A stretch of 46,450 nt of DNA, counting the filler, from Sphacelaria rigidula (lineage: Eukaryota), in the NCBI GenBank assembly GCA_964200075.2. It is 2 parts of 2 records of this genome, joined end to end, with 100 filler letters (N's around TTAATTAATTAA, not from the genome) between each part and the next. Parts side by side here need not be neighbours in the genome. Positions count along the whole stretch, not along the records: positions 1 to 23,178 come from CAXNAA020000281.1; 1 more part is not named here. One strand, 5' to 3'. The notes under the pieces were generated by a model. That model was not told the origin of the DNA and made no database searches. It saw only the letters and a program-made list of their open reading frames with translations. Position 1 is the stretch's first letter. Each line of letters begins with the position of its first letter. This document shows positions 1-11,300 of this stretch, in pieces. The position numbers were made by a program, and so were the translations under genes.

Positions 1-81
<81 letters not shown>

Positions 82-200
82 CATAATAATAATAAATCAT
101 AATAATAATAATCATAATAACAATAATAATAACGATAATAATAACGATAATAATAATGATAACAATAATAATAAATAGTTCTAATAATAATAATTATATT
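1..200. repeat. (AAT)n microsatellite, perfect for ~80 bp then degenerate
   Basis: Direct reading: ataataata... with interspersed atc/aac/acg variants. Confidence 0.97.
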
Positions 201-716
201 CTCATCATTAGCTCGATCTCTCGGACCCGTGGTCACAGAGTGCATGGAGTGTACCCCCCGTACCCATAACTCAAACAGCTCGCAAAGGAAGGCGAGAAAC
301 AAAACACTTACTGCTATGTCCGTCAAATCTGATGAGCCGCACTATTCTACTCACAGCGGAGAGAAATCGGTTGTACCTGCATGCAAGAACACAACATCCA
401 GAAACAAAACGCGTGCGGACACCGCCAAGCGAACAAACTAAAACCGGTCTAACTCTGGCTATATATTTTTTTTTCCTAACAATATTTTATTCGGTTTCGC
501 CTCTCTCGCGCGGTTCGCCTCAAACAGGTGTTTATCAAGTTTCCCACCAAAAATGGTTCTCCTACCCCAGCAAAAGTAGCTCGAAATCACCACCCTCACT
601 TGGAATCTCCACTCAAAAGCCTTTCCATATTCTGTCAAGGCATCTCCGCTGCTGGGAGTACCTCCCAGTAACCGAAGCGCAAGATTTCATCGATTGAGGA
701 AAGGGTGTGGTGATTT

Positions 717-779
717 GGACTCATCCCTGGATCGCTGGGAGCCCTCTGCCAGCTGAAAGAGCTGCAACGAGCCCACCGG
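717..779 (+). pseudogene. Degenerate LRR exon (GLIPGSLGALCQLKELQ...)
   Basis: Translation matches the GxIPxxLGxLxxLxxL consensus. No canonical acceptor, 3' part deleted, followed by gtgaga. Confidence 0.7.
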
Positions 780-822
780 TGAGAGGGTTGAATTTTCGAA
801 TTCGTCTTTCTCGTGCGCACAG

Positions 823-894
823 GAGCGATACCGAGACAGCTCGGGAAGCTGACGGCGCTGATGACGCTGTACCTCGACGAGAATGATCTGCCAG
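823..894 (+). CDS. Intact 72-nt phase-1 LRR exon (GAIPRQLGKLTALMTLYLDENDLP)
   Basis: cacag acceptor at 821-822, gtgaat donor at 895, exactly 72 nt, 24-aa LRR consensus. Confidence 0.9.
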
Positions 895-1042
895 GTGAAT
901 GCACAAGCTGTTGGCGAGAGCTACACGTGTATTTTCGACGGAAGAAGTATTGGACGGACAACCCCTCCGGTGGGTAAGTAGGCCATGACTCACATTTCTC
1001 TCCCGGCTTTGACCACGTTCACTTGCTGTTTCTTCGTTGCAG

Positions 1043-1089
1043 GTACAATCCCAAAGGAGCTGGGATCCCCCAATAAGCTGAGGTCACAG
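1043..1089 (+). pseudogene. Internally deleted LRR exon (GTIPKELGSPNKL..)
   Basis: ttgcag acceptor and tcacag|gtaagg donor, but only 47 nt long (frameshifting). Confidence 0.8.
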
Positions 1090-1511
1090 GTAAGGGCCGT
1101 GGGGTACTTTTGTTTGTTATCCGATGCTGGAGGTCGTCGCTTCTAGAACACTCCACCTACTTTCTACGCCTACACCAACGAGTGGGTGAGACACAGTTCT
1201 ACAAGATATCAACGGGACCCCAGCCGACACTGTTCCGTGGAGTTCCGAACCTTGTCCCTGCCTTCATACACGCAAAAGTTTCTCCAGAGCCCCACCATTA
1301 TACTGATCGTTGTCGATATGAAGCTCTTGCAGGCCGGCTAGATGTTGTAGCCACGCGGGAATTTCGCATGCATGGTATTGGCAATGGATGTGAATAAGAT
1401 CAGATGATATTCCCCACCGTTTCTATAGGTGTGTTACGCCCACGCGTTGGTGAAGCGGCTGTGTTCTAGAGTCCAGCGGGGAAACCTCGGAGTCGTACGG
1501 TCTTTCCCCAC

Positions 1512-1583
1512 CCAGAAGCTGATCCTCGGCCATGTTAAGCTTGTTCGCCTCGCTGAGAGGTCCCAGCGCCTGAGGGATGGGTC
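1512..1583 (-). CDS. Inverted 72-nt LRR exon cassette (GPIPQALGPLSEANKLNMAEDQLL) on the non-coding strand of the ROCO gene
   Basis: Minus strand: ttttgtag|GA CCC ATC CCT CAG ... CTT CTG G|gtgggg. Exactly 72 nt with canonical splice sites. Confidence 0.85.
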
Positions 1584-1739
1584 CTACAAAAGCATCACGC
1601 CGGCAAGAAATCAAAATTGTCACTTTTGAAATGAGCCTCCTACATCATATGATGGCCTACTCGCTGACGCGGAGGGGGGACACAAGCTCTAGAAGCCGTC
1701 GAGAAACATTGTGTGAACGTCCTCCTGAAGGAAAGTTGC

Positions 1740-1811
1740 ATGAAAGGTGGTTGTGGGTGAGCGACAGCGTCCTCAGCTCACTGAGAGGTCCCAGCGCCCA
1801 AGGGTTGGGTC
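1740..1811 (-). pseudogene. Second inverted 72-nt LRR exon cassette (GPNPWALGPLSELRTLSLTHNHLS)
   Basis: Minus strand cttgcag acceptor and 72-nt LRR consensus. Donor is degenerate (T|gcaact). Close paralogue of 1512-1583. Confidence 0.82.
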
Positions 1812-1986
1812 CTGCAAGCGCGGCAAGAATAAATAATGCAGTTGATACTGTTCACACAAATAAGGCTTCTAGAACATGTGATGGCTTACTCGCCAACCGT
1901 AGGCGAGAACGAGTAGGTCATGTTCTGAAAGGCAAGACATACACATCTCCTAACATTCCCCAGGTTTGTCTTTCTTGCGTATACCG

Positions 1987-2058
1987 GAGCGATACCAGGG
2001 GAGCTCGGGAAGCTGACGTCGCTGACTGAGCTGTACCTTGACGAGAATGGCCTGACAG
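1987..2058 (+). pseudogene. 72-nt LRR exon with mutated acceptor (GAIPGELGKLTSLTELYLDENGLT)
   Basis: Near-copy of 823-894 including the downstream intron (gtaaatgtacaagctgttggcgagag). AG acceptor changed to CG at 1985-1986. Confidence 0.88.
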
Positions 2059-4167
2059 GTAAATGTACAAGCTGTTGGCGAGAGTTACACGAGTATGTTC
2101 GACCGAAGGAGAGGCATCGGACAGATGAATCACGCCTACTCGCCATCGCCGTCGGTGGGATAGTGCTCTAGGAGCTTCATGGTTTGCTTTGATTCCAATC
2201 TCCGCAGATTGTGTCCCGCCTACGGGGTGTCCGCCGACGGTGACGAGTGGGCAATCACATCGCACTTTACTTGCACCACATTGTGAAGCATAATAGCAAC
2301 GTTTCCTGCGGGGTTGACCTATGCGGGTATATTCAAGGACGCAACCCAAGCGCTAGAGAAGTGCAGAAGCGCCGACGGGTGGATCCACCGAGTCTTCTCC
2401 CGGGCAATACATGGACGCATGCACAGGGGGCCGTCCTCTCGGGAGGCTTGAAGGATATCGGGGACTATGGGGAGGCCGTTGAACGCTCCAGTACTACGCA
2501 GTCGCGGAGACTGAAGATGGTCCTGGTAGGAGCAATTGAAGCAGGAAAGGCAGGTCTGGCCAGGGTATGGTGCATGAGGAGGCTCGGCTCTGCGACGGGG
2601 ATGATTGCACGAAAGATGTGGACGTGCACCTAGACAAACTCTGCAAGCTGGATGCTTTAGATATGCTTGAGCTGTTGTTTTGGGACTTTGCTGGGCACTC
2701 TGACTACTACGCTATTCACCAGCTCTTGCTGTCAGGAGCGCTCCACTTGGTGGTTGTATATCTCAAGTGGTTCTCTGAAAACACTTCATCGAGGGGCGAT
2801 CCCGTCGACGTGTGGTTGGACGCACTGCAGTGTCGTGTGCCCGAAGCCAACGTGCTTATTGCAGCTGACCAGTCTGACTAGTGGGAAGGGGATTACGAGG
2901 TGATCATGGGGGAGCTTCGGCGCGCCGTCGAGGATCACTTCGTTGCGAAACGCGCGGAACTCAAATTAGCGTCCCGGATTGCTGAATGAGTTCGGAGATT
3001 CCACCGGTCCTCGTCTCTCTCGGTGTCAAAGCTGTTTCTGCGGCCAGCGCGGAAAGCCTACTAGGACTTTGGAGAAAGCTTGCCGCTTTAGTCTCCAGGA
3101 ATCAAGAGTTGTTCCCGAGGATGGGTCAACTGCTTCCGGTGTCTTGGGTACGAGTACGCGTCTTTTTGAAAGCAAGTGGTCGGGCAGCGACTCAGTTTCA
3201 GAGGCCTCCCGGTTAGGTCCCGGTGTGAGCAAGAGGGGGATTCTCCCCCAAATTCCGGTCACGCCCAGAACGTCTAGGGTCGCCTTTAGTTACCTGCTGC
3301 GGAAGGGGGTAAACGAGTGGTACTATGTCGTGCGGGTGCTGGAGTTGGAAAAGGAGGTTGGGTTAACCATGCTGGATTGATTTGTACGGGCATTAAACAG
3401 TAGCAGGGGGATCGGGCTGACTCACGGTGTAGAAGTGGCTTTTAAGGTGGGTGACGAAATATTCACAGACGGGTAGTCGGCAGCCTTCAACGAGCCATGA
3501 AAAAACAAAAAAACACCGTCTTTCGTGGTGTTTTCCGCATTTGGGTGGTAAATGCAAGTGGCACCGCAACGGTGCTCATGACCTCCGCCATTTCTTCGTC
3601 GACCTATCCGTCTACACGTTTCCCGCGTCTTGATTTTCCCACAGGCGCAGTGGGGCTGCTTGTGAGGGAGGGCACGATGTTATCTTGGGGCGAAGTCTTG
3701 CACGTGGAGTCCACCTGAGTCAATGAGCAGTTGCGGGCGATCTTGAATCATCAGCTGACCGACGAGATGATGGAGAGGTACCGGGAAAGCGAGCTCCAAA
3801 CTTTTGTTCGTGACCGAGGCGCCGACGTGCAGTATTCATGAAATTTTACGCGCAGCCCGACACGGAAATAAACCCGAGTGAGTGGACAAGGACGTGTGCA
3901 GACCTGCGAGGGGAAGACTTCAAAGATGGGAAAGGCCCGTTCAACGGAGATGCGATCAGAACGCGCATGGAGATCAACTCCAATATGCGTAAGGTCCAAA
4001 ACGGTGGCCTCTCCCTCCAAGCTCCTCAGAGTTCGTGTTTTTTGAGAAGATGGTAAAGGCTCAAGCGTGGGACGGAGATGCCGCCGCGCAGGGGGTGCCG
4101 GCGAAGCACAAAGATGCGTGGTACGAGTCGATGAGACAGGCCTTTTTTGCGTAGAGGTGAGGATAGT

Positions 4168-4372
4168 GTTCTCAGGCCGTGTCTTACCAAATTGTTTTGG
4201 TGTCGAAAACGTGCGGTCGAATCGAATACGCTCGTTTCTGATTCGTCCACGCTGCTCATTTTCTCAGATGGTTGAGAACGTGAATACCGTGAACGTATCA
4301 GGTACGAGCACATTTGATTCCACCGTACGTTTTCGAGTCGAAAACAATTTGATACGACACGGCCGCAGAAAC
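4168..4372. mobile_element. MITE-like element with ~55 bp imperfect terminal inverted repeats, inside the ROCO pseudogene
   Basis: ggccgtgtcttaccaaattgttttggtgtcgaaaacgtgcggtcgaatc (4175-) matches the reverse complement of gattccaccgtacgttttcgagtcgaaaacaatttgatacgacacggcc (-4364). Confidence 0.7.
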
Positions 4373-5334
4373 GAAAAATCGTCGGTGGGGAAGAGATCCG
4401 ACGTTGCGATGAACAAAGGGTCCTCGAAATTGAGGGTGAACAGTAAATTGAGGTTCAAGTGGCTTTGAACAAATCCAGGTTTTGTGCCAAACAGTTACGC
4501 CAAGGGAACGAATCTTCGCAAGAAACGTTTCTGTCGCAGGTAAGTAGGTGTGGTGAGGTGCACCGAACGAATGCGGTGTACACGCGTGTCGATGACGATA
4601 CCACCGGAGGAGCAATGACGGAGAGGAAGCTCCTCGCCCGTGCCCCTTGTGTGTTCTTGCTCGGCGATTCCCAATCGCTGTAGAGATTGGCACCATCTCA
4701 CCAGCACATACCCAATATGCCATGTGCCGGCAGGCGGGCTAGTGTAGAACATCTCTCCACAAAATATCGGGATGCCGAGGGTTATCGTCTCTTCCCTGTG
4801 GCGCTGACCAAGGCAAAGATCGATTCCTCTCTGCCTGTCTTTCTGGACAGGACGCGCCTCTGTGCACTGCAGAACACGTTATCGAAAAGCAGAGCGATCT
4901 TCCCGTCACCGCTACCATGTATTGTGCGCATGATGGATGAGCTAGGTCTGTATGATGTACCCGCGTTGGGAGCTTGGTTAGCTGGAACCATGTATCCCCT
5001 GGTGCTCGTACTGAGAGACCCCAGCTAATGCATTAGCTATACTCCATCTATATCACATTAGCATTCCATGCAGTCGATATTCCAGGTACTTTGTCGTACT
5101 CCATACTTTCGGCAGTCGGGCCTCCAGGTACTTTGGAATACCCAGTTCTCGGTGGGCCACACTCCAGGTCCTTCGGGATAGTCAGCACGCGCGTGGACAG
5201 ATAGCACCCTGTAGGCCACCTCTGTATATAATGGTACTTAGGTAACACCCACCCACACACCTGATTGGTTTTTAACACAAACAAAATAGACGAAAGGCCT
5301 TGCGTTGTTCCAACTACATACACAAAAATTGAGA

Positions 5335-5930
5335 AATTCCAAAAGTAGGTTCAACCTCAACGCGATGTTCAACCCCGTTTTCGAGGATTCCCTCTTACTA
5401 GAATCCCACAGTAGTATCTGGGGTACCGTACTGCATGTTGAGCCAAGATTGCACAGTCGCGTTCCTTCAAGAGAGTCTCCTCGAAAATGGGGTTCAATAT
5501 CGCTGTAAGGTTGAATAAGCTGCTTTTGGAATTTCACCATTTTCTTGTAAATAGTTTGAACAGCGAAAGCACTTTCGGCCAGTTTATTTGTGTTTCGACG
5601 ACGGATGGAATGAAAATAACTGTTTTTGAAAGTAGCAAAACAGCTGCCAAAAGCCGAGAGAACGTGCTTTTGTCAGCTTTCCAAAGTCGTGAAGAGATAA
5701 GATGCTACAGTTTTTGAAACCCCCAGGAGAAATCGTAAAAGCAAAGACGCGTTCCCATGAATCGAGCCCCCCGTTTTAACCCTCAGTATATTCGTTGTTC
5801 CCACACAAATTAAACTCGCCGAAAGTGCTTTCGCTGTTCAGACTATTTCCACGAAAACGGCGAAATTCTCAAAGCAGGTTCAACCTCACCGTGATGTTCA
5901 ACCGCCATTTTCGAGGAAACTCTGTTCTTT
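5335..5930. mobile_element. Nested foldback/MITE-like inverted-repeat structure
   Basis: Unit aggttcaacctca..tgatgttcaacc..ttttcgagga at ~5340-5397 (+), ~5469-5530 (-) and ~5868-5927 (+). Inner IR gaacagcgaaagcactttcggc (5559-) / gccgaaagtgctttcgctgttc (-5839). Confidence 0.7.
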
Positions 5931-6984
5931 GCTCTGGTGGAAAGCTCAGAGTAAAATTGTCCGCTTGTTGAACAAAATAGTCGGGGTTCAAGTCCTCGGG
6001 TGATCGAATGATGCGGAATCCGAACCTTGAACAGATGAGCATGCCAGGGGTGCGGCGGCGGGGATCTATGATGTACCATGCCAGGACTCGGACCCACACC
6101 ATATCTTCTATTCAACCACTTCATATTTGAGCACTGAACCAGTGAGTGTTGACTGGTTTAGTGGCTACCGTCCGCGTGAGCAGACGTCTCCATTACATTT
6201 ACACAACTAGCGTCCATGAGAAAACCGCCTTCGTCGTGTCCTTATTGACCTTTTCTGTTCTCGAGGCTGAAACCCCGCATGATTTCACTGACCGATTCAC
6301 AGCTAGCTACTGTATCCCTGATTGTTCATGGATCACTGTAGCCGATCCCGACGATCCGGGAAGCATACTGCAGCCAGTGCAGTTTCAACCGTAAAAGAGC
6401 GCAACGGTGCCGCTGGTAATTTTTTGTCCTCTTGTTTCATTCTCGTGGAATCTTGCTCGGGTCATATGTGTGGGAAAGGCGCGTTTTGTTGTTTCGCTTC
6501 GAAATCGTGTTTACCACGGCTCCGTGCACATTTTGCTCTTCACAAGGTCGAACATTTTCAATACAAGGTAGCACAACTTGTGCACACCGCATGGGGCCCG
6601 TTTCGCTTGTATGCGCTATACCGTATGCAAATGCCGTAAAGAATCTCCGGATGTCTCAGCGCATCGTGGCGTCTGAAGCAGAGCAATGGACAATATCGAC
6701 TCCGAAGACAAAATTTCGCACCACGTAGTCACAGCGGTGACGTATAAATCAGTAACATAGAAACGCCAAACCATACAACGGTGTACACATTAGCAGGCTT
6801 TCGAATCCATGGACAACTGGAAACCGACATAAGCCACCATTCTTTGTCCCAGAAGCAAATGACAAAAAAAGCGAGAGAGAATATCTTTCAGAGCGTGTAA
6901 TGCTGCTTACCCTCCTGCCGTTCGCTAGACATAACTCGTACCTACACGTCACAGACTACTTCACATCACATGAAACCATGATGA

Positions 6985-7256
6985 CCCCCACCTCAAACCC
7001 ATCCCACCCCACCCTACCCCCGGCAAGTCTCATTCTCGACATCTGCAGAATTTACAAGTTTTTACATCACACAAGTCAGCACGTGCCTACATCACACTAT
7101 GTAAAGCTATGTACAGGATATCCCCCCACCTCAAACCCACCCCACCCCCGGCAAGTCTTATTCTCGACATCTGCAGAACTTACAAGTTCTCACATCACAC
7201 AAGTCAGTAGGTACCTACGTCACACTATGTAAAGCTATATACAGGATATCCCCCAC
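6985..7256. repeat. Tandem duplication of a ~135 bp unit
   Basis: cccacctcaaaccca...ggcaagtct.attctcgacatctgcagaa...cacactatgtaaagctat.tacaggatatccccc occurs twice in tandem. Confidence 0.9.
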
Positions 7257-7858
7257 AACCCCACGAATGTATCACTCCATCCCACACCCTTGGAATACCC
7301 AAGCTGCCAACATAGGCCCGTCGCACTCTCCATAAGCCTCCACCCACTCCCTCACCCTCATCCTCGCAACATCTTTCCATGGGGACGTTTGCCGAATACC
7401 AACCCTTGCATCCTCCACGCTGTCAGGCCCGCTGTCACTATTGCCGGGATCATGATTGTGGCAAACATGTGTCGGCCTTCTATCCAACAAAAAGGCAGCT
7501 ACAGTGCTGCCGTTCGCGTCAATACCGCTATCCTCCACACCAGCTTGCCGGCTCACCCTTGACCCGATTTCTTGCCGTTGCCCTGATGTCTTCGTGGGAG
7601 TTACTGTGGGCGTTGAGCGGCGACTAGTACCGGTGGGTGATGCCGGAGATGCCGGCGATGCCGGCGATGTTGGTGGCGGCGTCGGAGGAGGGGTGTTTGT
7701 TGGCGTTGTGGTGAGGTCGTCGACAAGCAGGCCTGCGATAGTGCCGGCGCAGGCATCGTAGCTGGAAGAGAAGCATACGATTATTCTAGATCCAGCGGGG
7801 TGCATCCTGGCCACCTGCGGGGGTGTAGCGGGAGGGGGGGCGGGGGGGGGGGGAGGGT

Positions 7859-8342
7859 TACTCATGATCTTGCATGCCGTAGTCATGTGACCTTTGACCT
7901 CGTATCCCTATAAAGTCGATACGGACTACGCCGGGTTTTCGCCGCACCAGGTTCGCAATCACCAACCGCGAAACGCCGTGATGTGTTCGGCGAGTCGCAT
8001 TGAAGGTAAGGTGTATCCTGCTATGATTGTTCGACCCGAAGCGTACAGGATATCTCGCAATTCATTGGCAACCTACAATGAGTTGCTTCATTTTCTGGTA
8101 TCGCCACTTCTAGAGACAGCCACGGGTTACACACTGCCTCATGGGTGTCTCTCCATTTAAAACAATGCTTAGGACGACCATCCCCTTTGCGCGGAGTTGA
8201 GTTTTTCCCACCCCGCACAGTATGATCTACCTCGGTCACCATCATAGTTATCGCAAAGCGAACGCAAGCGAAATAAAACGGTGACCTGGTTGTTCAGCTT
8301 GTGCAATGAGAGACGTGTTTTACAGCATCGTTGCCAACCGAC
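7859..8342 (-). mobile_element. Dispersed repeat family A (ends ...CATGAGTAC + C-tract), long copy
   Basis: Homologous over ~480 bp to 22262-22697 and 35365-35843; abuts a G-tract at 7830-7857. Confidence 0.85.
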
Positions 8343-11300
8343 TCCACCTGACGCCAACCGACGCCAACCCTCAAAGGGACTCGAGGGGCGGCGAGAAGGC
8401 GTGCATCTTGATCAAGGGTGCACTGGATATCACGTTGCAAGAGATTAGAGATCCAGTGCACATCCTGCTGAGAATAGATGAATACCTTTACTTTGGCCAC
8501 ATCGTGCAGATCACAATGCCAAAACATTCCAGTGGTTGATACAACGCCCATGCACAGGAAGTACAACTGTAGTGTGCGTTTAGTGGCTCACGTTATGTGG
8601 GAGTAAATAACATGCACAAGGTACCATACCCCGTACATAATATTTTGCTTGATTAGGGCGCATGTAACCGTGCGTGTGAAGTAATGTTGTTCCCATACAA
8701 GTTGATATCAATGTCGTAGATTTCAGCAAAATTTTTCAAGGGTCGGATGAATTGATGATTCGTCTGGAAATTACTTGATTTTAGTGTGATGGATTTGTAC
8801 CATGCGAATCAATCCTTAGGCTTTGTTTTCAGCGTTGCAACCCAGGCACGCACAGCCCAGGCCCGTGCAGTGACGCACAAATTGCGCGAAGACCTTTTTG
8901 ACCTGCGATCGAATTTTTTTTCTCACTTTCAAGCAACCAGGCCTAAAATACCGCGGATTTGGTGATTCGAACCGGCGATGATTCGTCCGAACCGTGAAAA
9001 GTTTGCACCCGCGTGCTAATGTGGTCGACACAATTCGACGACCCGGAAGGTGCGTACACTCGGGGAGGTGATGTGCATGCCAGCAGATGTGAAAATTTTC
9101 TCGAGTTTTTCGAATGACGGACATGTTCATTTATCATGCTGAAAAACAGCCCCGAGGGGCGAAAACAAGAGGTTCGGGTTGTCGAGCTAACACTGCTCAG
9201 TTCCGATACTTCTCCTGCATAATAGCGACTTGCGGTGGAGAGACGCCAATCAATCAGTGAAGCATAGCTCATCATTCATTCCTAGGCATGGTGACGCAGC
9301 AGATGAGTACGACCGGTTTTGGGATGTGAAATGAGGTGGGCATGAAGCAGCAGCCCGTGGGGAACCAAAAGGTTGCAAAATGCCGATGTTGGTAGGTTTT
9401 CGACCTTTTTGGGAACTAGGCCTCTTATCGGAAAGGGCATCACAGGTTGATGTGCGACAACCGACCAATCAATTAAATGACTTCACTTGAAAACGACTGG
9501 AAGGCTGAGATGACCCACCGTGGCGGTCAAAGGGTTTACAGTTGATAGAATACGTATGCCCTGTTCTCCCCGTACGCTAGCCATATGCAACCACATAGTT
9601 CAATCACATCCCGAACCGTCACGAACCCGCAGTTAAAATATGTTTCCGATGTATGTATGAATGCGCCGTGGATGTGGGGCCCATGGTTGTGCAGAAAATG
9701 CTTACATTATTCCCTCCGACAGCACGACGTGGAGGGTGAAGACCGTGCGTATAAATGTGTCATGGGATAGCACCCTACCGTGGAGGTGAAACTGGAAACT
9801 GTTTCACCTCTGTGTTCAGTATTGGGCGCATTATCCACAGAGAGCACAACTAACAGCAGCGGCGGGGAGCTCACAATAGATAGGCAGAGACCAGGCAAGC
9901 CGAGCAGGCCGTGGCGAAAAAGCAAGAACCGCGCACGCGTGCTTCATTTCACTGGAAGAGAGAGTAGATGAAGCCAGGTCACCGGAGCCGCTCTCTTCGT
10001 TGCAAGCAAACATATAGAGAAATGAAGTATCCACATAAGCCCAGCGGTGAGAGCAGGGGGTTGCAAATCCCGCACCAGTCACCGTCAAACCTCTCCAGGT
10101 GTTTTTTGCTACACAAAGCACCGGCGCCGTTTGCTTGGCTGGTGGTGGTGGGGGACCGAGGAGCGCCTGGGGCAGTCGTGACAAACTATCACGCGATGGC
10201 ATTCTACGGCTCTTTGCTGCCGTCGTGCACACCCCTGAATGTATTACTTTCTCTCTGGTGAAAAGTGATGTCTAAACATTCAATTCGGACTGTGCTGTAC
10301 CGTCCAGAACAGACATTTTGTTGTAAAAGCGACGGCAGCAAAGAATAAAGGTGGCTGGCACGCCGCTCGCGATCTCCCAGCCAGACGTTCGGGAGAAAAA
10401 TACAAATACTACAAGGAGTCAGTGCATGTTTCCACTCAGCAAGCCGATGGTCGCGATAAGGACGTTTGACCAAAGTCGAAAGCGCAACTGCGACCTGGGC
10501 GACAACGACTTGAAGGCCGCGGCACAATTTCTCGAATCCCTGCTGCTGCGTGCAGGCAGCTGCTTACTTTTCTCCAAGATTGAAAATGGTGGGTTTTCCC
10601 CTTTCTGATAGCTTCCCCCGTAATCCGGTCGCCTGTTAGGCGGGTTCTCATCGAAGGGGATAAATCCCTTTCCGAAAGTCCCCTTTGCAAGAAAAGGGCT
10701 GGTGATTGATGGCTGCGATACCACCCCTCAGAAAGTGCTCCAGTATCCCCTAGGCAAAAGAGATTCAGGAAGTGAAGAAACACTTCCTAAAATCTCTTTT
10801 TGCAAAGGGGGATTTTGTCTACACCCCAAATGGTACCGTATGTTCCGTTGACAAGGACTCATGCAAGAGCTTGACACACAACCCAACACAATCAGAGGTG
10901 AATATAAGGAACGCTTTGCCCCCGCAACCCAAAAAAACACAGCTCGAGGCGTAGCTGTTCATCAACTGAGTACGTTGCGCGTGACCTTTGCTCAAATGTA
11001 TTTGTGGAGGATTCAATGAGAAGAGATGATTTGTGTGAGACGCGCATAGCACACGCACACAAACGGTCAGCAACGGCATGTTTTCGTTTACAATTTGACA
11101 TGTACGCGGTCGCTTTTCCTCCAATAGAGAACGTATTTCCGTAAAAAGAAAGATTGCCATGTGTAGATAAGCAAGAGCTAGCGCTGGATCTGGTGTTCGT
11201 GAGCGGCGGGTGCCTGTGATATTTCGGGGCTTGGTATGTAAATGTTGTGTTGCCTTGTTGGTCCCTGTTTGTAGAAGTACAGAGATTTTAGACTAACCAC

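Larger units (their letters stand above)
717..5028 (+). pseudogene. LRR-Roc-COR (ROCO family GTPase) pseudogene
   Basis: LRR exons GAIPRQLGKLTALMTLYLDENDL and GAIPGELGKLTSLTELYLDENGLT. Roc P-loop LKMVLVGAIEAGK (~2510-2550) and G3 motif LLFWDFAGHSDYYAIHQLLL (~2670-2730). COR-like FPRMGQLLPVSWVRV (~3110-3160), with further COR-like pieces at 3700-4020 and 4560-5028. Frameshift near 2564, in-frame TAG at 2879-2881, broken acceptor at 1985-1986. Confidence 0.88.

Noticed and set aside
1-200. Possible telomeric repeat or Tyr-rich ORF (81-326)
   Set aside because: Simple (AAT)n microsatellite, not a TTAGGG-type repeat; the ORF is a by-product.
7272-7886. 204-aa Pro/Thr-rich ORF
   Set aside because: Starts inside a family A repeat and G-tract and is low complexity, with no recognisable domain. 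It could hide an exon but is unsupported.
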